Shown here one piece after another: positions 50,501-58,377 of a DNA stretch of 64,000 nt. The translations under genes and the position numbers were made by a program. Positions within the stretch are counted from its first letter, which is position 1, and each line of letters opens with the position of its first letter. The DNA comes from a virus, in IMG/VR virus record IMGVR_UViG_3300018077_000007, positions 1 to 64,000 of that record; one strand, given 5' to 3'. Below the pieces are notes generated by a model. It ran no database searches. It had not been told where the DNA came from and saw nothing but the letters and a program-made list of their open reading frames with translations.

Positions 50501-53500
50501 CGAATTTGCTGGCTTTGCCCTCATGGTAAAGGGGTTTGATACTTCAGACATTACGCCCGCCGTTTGGCTGGAGGGCCAAGCCGAGTATCCGGTTTCGACG
50601 CTTTCGGAAACCGGATTAGGTGTGATTCGCAGCATCGAAGGGCAACTTCTGCACCTCGAAAGTAAACTCACCGAAGCCGAGGCCGACCGTGCTGCCCTCC
50701 AGCAGAAGCGCACGACGCTCGAAGGTGAACTCGATAAACCGTTCCCAGAGGCCGCCAAACTGGCGGAACTGGAGCAACGCCAAGAAGAACTGGCGCAGCA
50801 GCTTGATCTCACGGCCAACGACCATCAGGCGGCAGGGCAAGAGACCGAGCCCGACGAGGGGGCCGAAGAACCCCCCGAGATCCGCGAACCCGAGTCCCGA
50901 ATCAACCCCGACGCTGTTCGCGGGTTCCTGTCTGAAATGCGCGTGGAGCGGGAAGGGGAAACCCGGGCGACGGCCGCGATGGACCCCCGGCTTCTCAAGG
51001 TGTTGGGCGGGAACCTCTATACCGGCGATCTCGGGAAAATCGCGGTGAAAGAGATGCTCCAGAACGCCGTGGACAGCGTGCGTGGTCTGGCCGACCAAGC
51101 TCAGGGGCGCGTGACGGTCGACGTGACGTTGACAGGCGATACCAAGACCATCGCGGTTGAGGATAACGGGGTCGGCATGACCCCCGAGGTGGCGACCCAG
51201 GAGTTGGTGGACATCGGCGGAAGCCAGAAGGTCGCCGGTGCCTCGGGTGGGTTCGGGATCGCCAAGGTCGCGATCTTCGCCAACGCTGCCACGATTGACG
51301 TGGAGACCACCGCGAAAGATCCGGCGGGCCAGGGGGCCACGCGCACGAGGCTCTCCGGCTCATCCGACGAATGGCTTGACCCGCAGCAGGGACTTCGCGT
51401 GGAGACCGAGCGGATGGCTCCCGACACGCCGACCGGAACTCGAATCAGCATTACCCTGGCCGATACCGTGCAGACGAATCCCTATGAGACCCGCAGCTTT
51501 CTGAACAGCTTCCTCCAGTGGCATCGGCTCCCGGTCTCGTTCCAGTTCCGTCTCAATGGGGAGATTCAAGCCCTGCCGCAGGGACGGGTTGACCCGCTGA
51601 AGACCCTCACGATTCCAGGCGGGACGATTGAGCTGTTTGCCACGTCCGACCTGGTGTCTCAAAGCGTAGTCCAGGTCGAAATCCTCAACCACGGACTCCC
51701 GCAGTTCCGCCAGGCGTTCTTTCTCGGGGTGGAGACACAGATCCCGGGGCGGATCGTGGCCGATATTCAGTCCCGAGAAGGGCCAGAAGCCCCCGAGTAT
51801 CCGTTTTCGCCGGATCGGGAACGACTCCGGCCGACGACCGAGAGGGCACTGACCGACTATCTGAAGGATGAACTCGCCAAAGACGCGATCACCAACGAGC
51901 GCCGCGAGTACCAACGCATCCTGTCGGAGGCTCCGGTCATTCCCGGCACGGGCGGTCACCGGATCGTGGACACGACGGAGGGGGTCTCCCGTGATCTCCT
52001 CGAAGCGATCGCCACATCCGACGCCACCCGTCGCGTCTCAGGACACCTGGCCGGGATCGTCGCGCGCCTGCGAGCTGAATTGGCCCGCGTGGAGGCGCAA
52101 CCGTACTGGGCACCAGAGCAAATTCAGTATTTTGGCTTGAGCGTCGCCGGGGCGCACTTGGGGATGAATCTCAATGGCCGCTTGATTGAAGGGAGAGATG
52201 ACGCCCCCAACCTCGTGGCTTTCAATCCCTATAGCATCCTCGATGAAGTGCAGACCTTGGCGCAGGTGGCCGGGTTGGCGGCCGACGAAATTCCCCAGCA
52301 GTTTGCCGCGAGAGCCGTATTCACGGTCATCCACGAACTGGCGCATCAAGCGAGCGGAGCGCACGAACAAACGTATGCGGGAGCCTTGACACGAGCGGGC
52401 GGCAACCTGATAATGCAGGCGGCGCAGGCCACCGCCGCATTGACGGCGCTCGTGAAGGAGCAGAACAATGCCATCCTCCGCACCCTCGCTGCCGACCTTG
52501 CCCGGCTCCGCCCTCAGTGGGGCGGAGAAGACCGTCTTAGCAAAGTTGTCACCGGCCTTGCAGCAACCACCGGAGCCGAAGGCCCTCCGGCTCCTCTTGG
52601 CAGACGCGAAGGCGCAGGGGCTCGACCCAGAGAAGCTCTACCAGCTGGCCGTCCAGGTGCGGTCCCCAGCATGGGTCCCGGCCCCGCCGTACCCGGAGGT
52701 CCGCCCGGCGTAGTCCAGGAACCCATCCTGCCCCCAGCACCCTACGGCGGGGCCGAACCGGCGGGACCGGAATACCGCGCCGCCATGGTGCAGCAGATTC
52801 TCGACGACCTCGTGACGGCGGGTCGGAGAGAATTGAAGACCGCCCCAACCTTTCCCGCGTGGCAAGCCCGGATGTTGGCTCAATGGGGCGATTGGACACG
52901 CCCGTATCTTCAGGCGACCTATGATCGGCTGACAGCGCCGGAAACTGCCCCGAGGGCAGAACCGACGACCGCCGGGACCCCGCTGCGCCCAGAGCCCGAA
53001 CCCGCTCCCCCCGAACCCGAACCGATGGATGCTGGAGTCCCGCCGGTGGAACCGCCGCCGCCCCAGGCCGAGACGATGGCCGCCCCGAATTTCCAGCCGC
53101 CGCGAACCCCGAGAGAACGGCAAGAATTGATCGCCAAGGCCGCGATCCTGAAGCGGCTCGAAGACGTGCTTCGGGTGCCGATCCAGACCGGGCGCGTGAG
53201 CCGCCCAGGAGCTCGAGGCGTCTTCCTCGTCGAACCCGAAGTGATCCGGCTCCGGTGGGCCGGAAACCTCCATACGGGGCTCCATGAGATCGGCCATTTC
53301 CTCCACAAGCGCGGGATGCTGCCCGAGGGGTGGGCGGCGCGGCTCGAAGCATTAGGGCAAGGGCATGAAGGCGATCCCGAACGCGAAGGCACCGCCGAGT
53401 TCGTGCGTCTGTTCGTCATGGACCCTGCGGGCGCGGAGGCCGCCGCGCCCGGGTTGCCAGACGCCTTCACGGCCCGCCTGAATCGGGACTGGCCCCGCGC

Positions 53501-56435
53501 CCTCGAAGCCCTCCTCTGGGCCAAGGAACGGCTGGCGGAATTTCGTCAGGCCCCTCTCCTGGCCCGGATTGAAGCGTCAACCGTGAAAGGCACTCGCCCG
53601 TTCCTGGCGCATCTCCGCAGCCGATCCTTCGCAGAGTGGGCCGTCCGGTTTTATACCGCTGTGGTGGACGATCTGGAACCGATCCGCCTGATCGACAGGA
53701 TTGTGGAAGAGGCCCAGGGGGAGCCGCTGCCCACGGATCGGCAAGCCTATGTACTGGCCCGGATGGCGCACGGGTGGACCGGGGTGGCGGCGGTTGCCGT
53801 GACCGATGGCGTGCCCGATTGGAACACGCTGGTCCCCCGCACGGATGTCCCGAGCTTCGTCAAGGCCGTGGAACCGATCTGGAAGGACTGGACGCGGTTT
53901 GGGGCCTATGTCCAGCTTCGGCGGGTGGTGGACGACCTCGTGGGTGCGGAGGCCCCGCCAGCGGACCTCACGGGGCCGGGACGGGCCAAGTGGGACGCGG
54001 CCCAACGGCGGCTCCAGGAAGCCGGGCGGCGCCGGCTCGCCGCGTGGGAGACGACGCCCGCCGAGGCCCAACGGCTCGTGGAGCAGATCGAGACCCCCGC
54101 GTTTCGACAGGCGGCCGAGGACCTCTATCGCTGGAATGGCGCGATCCTGGATTTCGTCGCAGCCTCGGGACGCTACGCCCCGGAGTTTTTGGATCTGCTC
54201 CGCCGGATGCACGCCCACTACGTGCCGTTTTATAGCTGGGTGGAGGAACCCGATGCGATGCCCGGTCCACCCGGCGGCGGCAATCGGCTGGCGAACTTGC
54301 CCAGTCCGATTCGGATGCTGCGGGGGAACGAGTTGCCGCTCCTTGATCCGCTCCTCGCCCTCGTGCGGAACGGCTTCGCCCTCATCAACGTGGCGATTCG
54401 GAATGACGTGGGGGCGACCCTCGTGGACAACATCGAGTCGGTCGAAGGGTTGGGGCATCTCCTCCATCGGGTGCCCCCTCAGATGGTGCCGACGCGCGTC
54501 TCTCTCGAAGAAATGCGCGGGCCAATGGAAGAGGCCGGGCTGGATCTGTCGGATGCCGATCTGTCCACCATGGGCACGGTGTTCCGGCCCGCTCGCGGGA
54601 AGGAGCAGGCCCCGTATCTGGTGATCTATCGCAATGGGAAGGCTGAACATTACGCCGTCGATCCCCTGCTCTACCAATCGCTCCTGTTCCTGACGCCTCC
54701 TGAAGCGAATCTTGCCGTGAAAACGGCGGCGTTCTTCGCCAAGATGCTCCGAGGCGGGGTAACGCTGAGTCCATCGTTTGCCGTGGCGAACGTTGTCCGG
54801 GATCAGGTGACCGTCGCGGCCACGGCGAAGGCCGTCCCGTTCCGTGAATGGGCTGAGGGGGTGGCGGCGATTATCGGCGGCACCGAAGTCGCGAAGCAGT
54901 ACGCCGCGAGTGGAGCCTCGATCTTCGGGATTCGCGGGGACGACGTGCGAAGCCTTGAACGCCTGATCCGCCGGGCAGCGCAGGGGCGATTTTCCACGCT
55001 CCGAGATGTGGGGGATCGACGGCAGGGGATGCGGGCTCTCTGGGAGGTGATGGCCGACGCGATAGACGCCATCAGCAGCGGGCAGGAAGCCATCACGGAA
55101 CGGGCCACCCGCGTTGGCGTCTTCGGGCGTCAATTAGAACGGCCTAGACCCGAAGATGTCGCCTCCGAACGACCACAACGGGCCATCGCCTTGCGAGCTG
55201 GGTTTGAGAGCCGTGAGGCGAGCGTGGATTGGCGACGGCATGGTGGCAGTCCCGCCCTCCGGCAATTTGCTATGACGACGGTCTTTTTCAATCCCTGGAT
55301 TCAGGGCGAGGACAAATTCGCCCGGACCATCGGGGGCAAGCAGAGCCGCGCCCGTGCCGCCTGGATGGGGGCCATCCTGTTTGGAGCCGGGCTGGTGGCG
55401 TATCTTTGGAACAAAGAGCATCCGTCCTGTTGGGATCAGCGGGCCACCTACGAGAAAGACACGAACTTTATCGTGTGCCTGCCGGGGGGGGAGGAGGCCG
55501 TGAAGGTGCCGGGCGCGTGGGAGTGGCACGTTGGATTTATCGCGATCCCGCGCCGGGTGTTTGAGTATTTTGACCGCACCGATCCCGACATCCTCCATAA
55601 CTTTCTTCGGACCTCTGGGCGCGGGCTCTTTCCCGGCAGTTGGCTTCCGAACATTTTCGTGCCCTGGCTGGAAAACGCGATGAACTGGTCCATTTTCCCG
55701 GGGCGCCCTTTGGTGCCCCGGGGTGTAGAAGGTCGGGAACCCGCCGAGCGTGACACGCCTGGGACCGCCGAAGTCGCCCGGCGGATCGGGAAGGCGCTGA
55801 ACTATCCCCCTCCGTTCGTCCAGAACGTCATCCGGGGCTATTTCGGCACGGTCGGGATGGAACTGACGCGGCTCCTCGATCCGCTCCTGGCGGATCCCAC
55901 CGCCCCGCCCCCGGCTCGGCGGCTGAGTGATTATCCCGTCATCCGCCGGTTCTTCGCGTCTGGCCCGTCCCTCCAGTCCGAATGGATCGAACGATTCTAC
56001 CGATACCGCAAGCAAGCGACCGAGGCGAAGGGGAGTTATGACCAGAAGCAGAAGATCGCCGGGTGGGCGGCATTGGTCGCCACCGATGAGGGTCGGAAGG
56101 AACTCCGACGCCGTGAACTCCAGGGCGATCCCCGGCTCCACGAGGTGGAGCGCTTTGCAAAAGCGCGGGCCTGGGAATTGACGATCGCCAGCAGTTTTGA
56201 GCACACCGCCAGCCTGTTTGCCCAGAGCCGGGAAGACTTCGAAGCGATCCGCGCCGATCCGAAGCTGACGCCCGAGCAGAAACAGGTGGAGTCGGACAAG
56301 ATCAAACGAGCCATGGTGCAGGAAGCGAAGGAACGGGTGCAGGGAGCCGACCTCTTGCGGCGCACCCTTAGCATCCAGGCGGCGGAGAAGGCGGCGGCGG
56401 CGGAGAAGGCGACCGCCGCAGGAGGAGGCCGATGA
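41529..56435 (+). CDS. Giant polyvalent (DarB-like) virion protein: N6-adenine MTase, SF2 helicase, GHKL ATPase, zincins, LPD38-like C-terminus
   Basis: MTase ILEPAMGIG and NVPFG; helicase HHVGSGKT, DEAQAYKN, LTGTPITN, WRPADLEQREGR; GHKL KEMLQNAVDS, VEDNGVGM, GGFGIAK; HELAH and HEIGH; C-terminal FFNPWIQG...ENAMNWS.F.GRPLVP. Confidence 0.88.
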   Translation: MASPFETALEEDLAELTGHRPKGRPPVPPVLSPFERNLTEDLKALTEEKRTRLAEEAFGIDLAGRPRPTMEEVAGVSPAQILAPALPTSPEAAAALSLRTAPEPVIPPVPSHLEVLRTPPGQPGPGIAPVIPAGAPLPGRVQPVSRPPAMTAEMAFAQAPEAMVEAPSTTPDILAALAALPRVARPTLEEMTPEAKLLRSLMALPSEVFAQQGPPAPPPKITPYQAPSVFEPPETVAGRAGRAMVFGLRTGAVGQFARWLNQQIGEQLPGPPSGPVQAIDPDNAFEQLIALGTSLGTDWKLFSFGGKVGMEAMSRVLNGIGAGMTKRGVAAGLTEAEARAAAQQVLRENPVVQMLTGAAVGASALAIPGAARETSRELVTGEPLQPGKIAAAAGKEAIIGGLTFGVAAPIDSRILRATALILGFGTLPPIVQEQRMPTAHDLINAGVSIGLIELAAALMGVRSGWQARQARGEPLPELGRDVVGNVIYDRVLGIFKRKGMSENEARASADRLIQETVGVAAKPTRATTGAQPATPGEAGSLARPREGLTEPEIELDVLERRAAELHRQIAAEEAAPAPPPPPAAPPAPLPPPAPRPPALVPVPPAPTEIAPPVPPVAPGAPLPAPIERPPAPVTWGGWQETPTGPPLELWTLTEAIPGHPDGSTVGRETLEAAGFTVPEPPEIPPQVPAPTRPAPQVPVPPAGVAGAPPPSVPETAPGAELPPETPRGTLPTEGFTRVGAAEYGDLPKEGRSIYNPTGLRGRVVGSDAENFYVSRLAGSVAWVDKYPRQLIEDTQAYFTEGAAVQTPYGPATLVTPPARDDRGMVMVTVRWPAGIPAEVSDRLGASALLDAPVFQGRPEMQADWVGWRTVRPGYPSVGQWKLRQPIKGHESGEVVTALAIRDAGFRAPIPPEAPPAPPTAPKAPVAPVPPPPKPPRPGKRLLRPDQLSDFRPGIDRVERRGDRTFVVDSLGERAPVEVQSDVVIPEIETRLRAQRTQPALRNRAIQAIRQTPFLSPEGKAERLRILEEPEELPAPEAAPPVTPTVQPTPPPSGVIPVPRPTDYRLVQRLPTDPVTIQMREPTGRWTTATTVDDVPAAEEWVRAWGGTIIRRTLPPPPLTAGSRVRLKDGRDGTVESLKGGVARVKLPSGQKVNAPLRSLTPKEPEIAVPAAPPPTPTLEEGQRQGTLVPIEPATTKAISDQVSEYLKRLEQVEGTLEPEEIAEGQVLLTRVQDHLDELPAAALSQRADMRAAEEKLRLPAEQGTRPEYVGPTRPPPSPPEPPKPIDLDRLGPSMRRAEIRGAKVGQAVTFRGETWALAKSGYWTHGGETLATQALVSHFESMSRQPAPIPPVPPTEVLPSGRVQLADGRQGTVVGRSEGLAPWKGIITRVRLDDGTEVNVRTDRLTSVPAAPTLAGEEGGRAVIPPREPERPAESRGPDRRPLAEVSPEPSPRPRGGQPVEGLGGGGRAPDRGGAGRPAGETGAIQPSVGGRPPRVGVPAGGRRGARPAPSVPTNLDYRFTPDDAARIVSGGPKERVRRNLDSIRLLKEIEAAGRPATPEEQQTLAAYVGWGPFKQIFERYWDPKWADLYQEIKDTLTEDEYEAARASSLNAFYTTPGVVEAMWGAVKQFGLPGGPATRILEPAMGIGYFFGFMPDTFTGVRRVGVELDPITGRMATLLFPSTRVHVQGFETVPFPKNFFDLAVSNVPFGEFGVHDPAYRREPFLTESIHNYFFAKALDVVRPSGVVAFITSRYTLDARNSRFRQWLADRATLLGAVRLPETAFQRAAGTEVVTDILFFQKYPSGTTPTWVDSTPMQVSGVTKHVNAYFQEHPEMVLGRHVVERGMYEPEALTVKPTGDLLQQLAAALAELPEDVIRSAGIPVRDPLPAAVPEPPGAVKDGGFFLDQGAIFRKHGTEAVSADIPVAQIPKVTALLHIRDAAREVLRAQLEELPDAEWETARTHLNRLYDIFLKRHGPLSARTVHREFTGDPDFPFLLALEKSYDPDTNRAEKADLFIKRTIQPYRPPERAETPQAALLIALNETGRVDLARMAALVGQSPEGVQTALAGLIYKNPEGDWETAEEYLSGNVREKLRAAEVAASLESLYQPNVEALLRIQPTDLVPGEIEVRLGSPWLPTDTAEAFIGHLLGAQPSAFRVGHHAATATWTIEARGYQGDRVLQSAENLRVWGSENYRAVELIRDSLNGAFPTVWTKDADGKNVVDQDATLAARDQQEKVKAEFRKWVWTDEDRATALAQLYNEQFNALRLREHDGRHLELPGMAKGVLRDGDLAAHQKNAVWRILQGGNALIAHHVGSGKTYVAAAAMMELRRLGLARKPMLVVPRSRLEGTAAEFLQLYPAAHLLAIQPEDLTPQKRPELMSRIATGDWDAVTVSRESFERLPVRNATLATFIREQLQELEDAIRAEKVAEGRSRSPLIRKLEVAKKKLEQKLKDALKPEAKDVAVAFEELGVDALFVDEAQAYKNLPVRTAARNIAGINTAESNRAFDLFMKSQWLLRRNNGRGLIFLTGTPITNTIAEMYTLQRFLDLPRLRQLGLAEFDAWRGQFGEIVQSVELNVQATGYRVKSRFAKFVNLPELLTLYRTVADVQTDAMLKLPKPGLAGGRRREIVTTPHPRMRAFLDELNHRVEAIQKRVVEPTVDNMLKVSTDGRKAAIDMRLFDPTAGDVAGGKTSRAAEAIYEQWHVNRAMKGTQLVFVDFSAPATGAFSVPTDLRNKLVKLGIPKAEIAFIQDAKNVKAQEQLFQNVRRGRIRVLIGSTEKMGIGVNVQNKVVALHHLDAPWRPADLEQREGRALRPGNENAEVEVLLYLTPGSFDAYMWQTLERKARFVDQIMRGEVGVRSAEDIEGRAFTYAEYKALASGNPIVAEKVQVDADILRLGRLRAHHDTQQWQIRRDLAGLPVRLAEADKRVTAIQSDIGTRNQDRPAEFSMTIALMLRTEHRGTFTDRVEAGEQLWKMLNAARGSSAPTKLGEFAGFALMVKGFDTSDITPAVWLEGQAEYPVSTLSETGLGVIRSIEGQLLHLESKLTEAEADRAALQQKRTTLEGELDKPFPEAAKLAELEQRQEELAQQLDLTANDHQAAGQETEPDEGAEEPPEIREPESRINPDAVRGFLSEMRVEREGETRATAAMDPRLLKVLGGNLYTGDLGKIAVKEMLQNAVDSVRGLADQAQGRVTVDVTLTGDTKTIAVEDNGVGMTPEVATQELVDIGGSQKVAGASGGFGIAKVAIFANAATIDVETTAKDPAGQGATRTRLSGSSDEWLDPQQGLRVETERMAPDTPTGTRISITLADTVQTNPYETRSFLNSFLQWHRLPVSFQFRLNGEIQALPQGRVDPLKTLTIPGGTIELFATSDLVSQSVVQVEILNHGLPQFRQAFFLGVETQIPGRIVADIQSREGPEAPEYPFSPDRERLRPTTERALTDYLKDELAKDAITNERREYQRILSEAPVIPGTGGHRIVDTTEGVSRDLLEAIATSDATRRVSGHLAGIVARLRAELARVEAQPYWAPEQIQYFGLSVAGAHLGMNLNGRLIEGRDDAPNLVAFNPYSILDEVQTLAQVAGLAADEIPQQFAARAVFTVIHELAHQASGAHEQTYAGALTRAGGNLIMQAAQATAALTALVKEQNNAILRTLAADLARLRPQWGGEDRLSKVVTGLAATTGAEGPPAPLGRREGAGARPREALPAGRPGAVPSMGPGPAVPGGPPGVVQEPILPPAPYGGAEPAGPEYRAAMVQQILDDLVTAGRRELKTAPTFPAWQARMLAQWGDWTRPYLQATYDRLTAPETAPRAEPTTAGTPLRPEPEPAPPEPEPMDAGVPPVEPPPPQAETMAAPNFQPPRTPRERQELIAKAAILKRLEDVLRVPIQTGRVSRPGARGVFLVEPEVIRLRWAGNLHTGLHEIGHFLHKRGMLPEGWAARLEALGQGHEGDPEREGTAEFVRLFVMDPAGAEAAAPGLPDAFTARLNRDWPRALEALLWAKERLAEFRQAPLLARIEASTVKGTRPFLAHLRSRSFAEWAVRFYTAVVDDLEPIRLIDRIVEEAQGEPLPTDRQAYVLARMAHGWTGVAAVAVTDGVPDWNTLVPRTDVPSFVKAVEPIWKDWTRFGAYVQLRRVVDDLVGAEAPPADLTGPGRAKWDAAQRRLQEAGRRRLAAWETTPAEAQRLVEQIETPAFRQAAEDLYRWNGAILDFVAASGRYAPEFLDLLRRMHAHYVPFYSWVEEPDAMPGPPGGGNRLANLPSPIRMLRGNELPLLDPLLALVRNGFALINVAIRNDVGATLVDNIESVEGLGHLLHRVPPQMVPTRVSLEEMRGPMEEAGLDLSDADLSTMGTVFRPARGKEQAPYLVIYRNGKAEHYAVDPLLYQSLLFLTPPEANLAVKTAAFFAKMLRGGVTLSPSFAVANVVRDQVTVAATAKAVPFREWAEGVAAIIGGTEVAKQYAASGASIFGIRGDDVRSLERLIRRAAQGRFSTLRDVGDRRQGMRALWEVMADAIDAISSGQEAITERATRVGVFGRQLERPRPEDVASERPQRAIALRAGFESREASVDWRRHGGSPALRQFAMTTVFFNPWIQGEDKFARTIGGKQSRARAAWMGAILFGAGLVAYLWNKEHPSCWDQRATYEKDTNFIVCLPGGEEAVKVPGAWEWHVGFIAIPRRVFEYFDRTDPDILHNFLRTSGRGLFPGSWLPNIFVPWLENAMNWSIFPGRPLVPRGVEGREPAERDTPGTAEVARRIGKALNYPPPFVQNVIRGYFGTVGMELTRLLDPLLADPTAPPPARRLSDYPVIRRFFASGPSLQSEWIERFYRYRKQATEAKGSYDQKQKIAGWAALVATDEGRKELRRRELQGDPRLHEVERFAKARAWELTIASSFEHTASLFAQSREDFEAIRADPKLTPEQKQVESDKIKRAMVQEAKERVQGADLLRRTLSIQAAEKAAAAEKATAAGGGR
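45790..46116 (+). CDS. Overprinted small gene nested (+1 frame) in the giant gene, TnpV-like
   Basis: GAGGAGG RBS at 45777-45783, GTG start, strong GC3 bias in this frame; HWRKYRPNLVRALE..QL...AWEAVRHEW.FLP.E. Confidence 0.7.
   Translation: MPLSHHENPNVPPSLAAQIEDHWRKYRPNLVRALEADSQLKDSVEEAALLTVEALDDLLEKRVPYNQAWEAVRHEWAFLPAEDEVPDLPLPFLPISITASPQTTPPAS
52468..52713 (+). CDS. Second overprinted small gene nested (+1 frame) in the giant gene
   Basis: AAGGAG RBS at 52455-52460; amphipathic helices, while the host frame becomes G/R/P/A-rich over this stretch. Confidence 0.5.
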   Translation: MPSSAPSLPTLPGSALSGAEKTVLAKLSPALQQPPEPKALRLLLADAKAQGLDPEKLYQLAVQVRSPAWVPAPPYPEVRPA

Positions 56436-56932
56436 GCGGACAGAACGGAACCGGCAACGGCTCCCGGTGGCGCTCGACGCACAAGCATCACCCCGAGAGA
56501 TGGCCGGCCCCGTTCGGGCGGGGACCGGATGGCTGGCCCCTGGTCGGATGCCTCCGGCCCTCCTGCGGGGCTCCCGTGCCCTGGATCAAGCGGGCCGGGA
56601 AGCTCATCCTGCCCTCGGCCTACTACCCGCTGAAATACTGTGGGGTGACCTGTAGCCTCCTGGCCCAACGCGCGGGGTTCTTTCCGCCTCGGCGACTCTC
56701 CCCGATTGATCTCTACCGGGCAGAGCCAGCGTTACCGTCCCCGATTTCGCCGGCATGGCCATCTCGTGACGAAGTACGGTGGTGCCCCCATTGCCATGCG
56801 AGTCGGGCCAACCTCCGCGTCGTCGGGACCGGCCTCTCCTGCTTTCAGTGTGGCACCCTGATCTTCACGCAGGAGGTCGATGTGGAGATGGAAGCGGCGA
56901 TCCTGTGTGGACGCATGGAGAAACCGTCGTGA
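56432..56932 (+). CDS. Cys-rich hypothetical protein
   Basis: GGAGGAGG RBS; C..C pairs. Confidence 0.55.
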   Translation: MSGQNGTGNGSRWRSTHKHHPERWPAPFGRGPDGWPLVGCLRPSCGAPVPWIKRAGKLILPSAYYPLKYCGVTCSLLAQRAGFFPPRRLSPIDLYRAEPALPSPISPAWPSRDEVRWCPHCHASRANLRVVGTGLSCFQCGTLIFTQEVDVEMEAAILCGRMEKPS

Positions 56933-57363
56933 GTCGCTTTCTTGATCCGCTCCGGGCGGAGCAACTTGACAGTGTGCGCTGGATGACCCTTACGCCGCTT
57001 CGGTATGAATCTACCCTCTTGAGTGATCTGGTCAGCGTGCCCGCCCGATTCATCACGGACTTCGCCTCGGTGCCACGCTGGTTGCCGGTGACGTGGTATC
57101 TCGCCGGCAACACGGCTCACCGGCCAGCGGTGATCCACGATTGGCTCTACCAGCGCCACGTCGTTGAGGGGATCGAGCGGGGCACCGCAGATGCGGTGCT
57201 CTACGAAGCAATGGGGGCAGACGAGATTGAACCCATCCCCGCGTGGCAGCAATGGATCATCTGGTCTGGAGTCCGCGCTGGCGGGTGGGTCGCCTGGCGG
57301 AACCACGAACGCCGGGGAGCGCAGCTCAACCCGAAGTGGACTGCGGCGGGGTGGCCGGCATGA
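56929..57363 (+). CDS. DUF1353-family protein
   Basis: VPARFITDFASVPR...PAVIHDWLY...AD..LYEAM...GVRAGG. Confidence 0.85.
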   Translation: MSRFLDPLRAEQLDSVRWMTLTPLRYESTLLSDLVSVPARFITDFASVPRWLPVTWYLAGNTAHRPAVIHDWLYQRHVVEGIERGTADAVLYEAMGADEIEPIPAWQQWIIWSGVRAGGWVAWRNHERRGAQLNPKWTAAGWPA

Positions 57364-57875
57364 GCCAGCCGGTGACCGTGCCGGAATTTTCCAATCTCGC
57401 CAGTCCTGACCTCTGGGACGACGTGACCCTAGTGGCGGCCACCGTGTTTCTCGAAGCGGACGGGGAACCTGACGAGGGCAAACTCGCCGTCGCGTATGTG
57501 ATCGTGAATCGACGCGACGCATGGCGGCTTTCCACGCGCCAAGTCGTGTTGGGACCCGAAGGGAGCGCGTGGGCGGATGCCAAACCGTTTGAAGCCTTTA
57601 GTTGCTGGAATGACGATTTTCGCCGAGTGGCCCAATCCCGCTTGGTAGCTGCCGGTCAGCAAGAACGGTGCTGGTGGGCGGCGACGGGGGCGCTCTGGCG
57701 GAGCCTGCCTGACCCGACTCAGGGGGCAACCTTTTATCTCAACGTGCCCCTGACGCTGAAAATTCGGGCCGACGGGCGCTTGCCCGCTTGGGCCGCTGAT
57801 CCCGCCGACCGGACTCGCCCCGATCCCAGCAAGGTAACCGTTGTCATCAACCGGCATACGTTTCTGCGGGCCTAA
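57360..57875 (+). CDS. Endolysin, SleB/Hydrolase_2 cell wall hydrolase
   Basis: ATVFLEADGEPDEGKLAVAYVIVNR...FSCWN...DPTQGATFY...INRHTF. Confidence 0.88.
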   Translation: MSQPVTVPEFSNLASPDLWDDVTLVAATVFLEADGEPDEGKLAVAYVIVNRRDAWRLSTRQVVLGPEGSAWADAKPFEAFSCWNDDFRRVAQSRLVAAGQQERCWWAATGALWRSLPDPTQGATFYLNVPLTLKIRADGRLPAWAADPADRTRPDPSKVTVVINRHTFLRA

Positions 57876-57922
57876 CCCGCAAACACTGCCCTGCGAGGCA
57901 AGGCAGAAAGGGAGCGAAAATC

Positions 57923-58168
57923 ATGGCCCCTGAGACACCACCGCTCAACGGGTCGGGGATTGCCGCCGAGTTGACCCGGGCCTTGGTCCGCCCGATCATT
58001 TCTCTTTATCTAGTCGGCACCTGTGGCTGGCTGTGGCTCCATGGGCAGCCGGTTCCACCGGAATTGATGACCCTCACGACGGCGAGCGATGGATCGCCAA
58101 ACGTGGAGGATAAAGAACGACCATTTCTTTCCAGGTCGCCATGTGTGACGTGCCCTAGCAGCAGATGA
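57923..58168 (+). CDS. Holin-like protein, possibly truncated
   Basis: RALVRPIISL TM helix, VPPELMTLTTA, then an unrelated hydrophilic tail. Confidence 0.45.
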   Translation: MAPETPPLNGSGIAAELTRALVRPIISLYLVGTCGWLWLHGQPVPPELMTLTTASDGSPNVEDKERPFLSRSPCVTCPSSR

Positions 58169-58228
58169 GGTAAGGGCAGCGCGTTCCTCGGGTTCACAAG
58201 CCACGAATTTCCCCCGAACATTATTTGC

Positions 58229-58256
58229 TTGACATGTTCATGTGCATGGATATACT
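58229..58256 (+). promoter_or_regulatory. Sigma70-like promoter (leaderless)
   Basis: TTGACA-N16-TATACT-N6-ATG. Confidence 0.65.
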
Positions 58257-58262
58257 GGCACC

Positions 58263-58370
58263 ATGTTTAAAGTGAAACTCCCAACAGTCAAGTGTCCCAA
58301 GTGCGGGCATCAATGGACCCCCAAGGTCCGCATTATCACACGTTGCCCGCGTTGTTTTCGGCATATCTAA
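58263..58370 (+). CDS. Tiny zinc-ribbon protein (35 aa, not in the ORF track)
   Basis: MFKVKLPTVKCPKCGHQWTPKVRIITRCPRCFRHI. Confidence 0.65.
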   Translation: MFKVKLPTVKCPKCGHQWTPKVRIITRCPRCFRHI

Positions 58371-58377
58371 AACGGCT

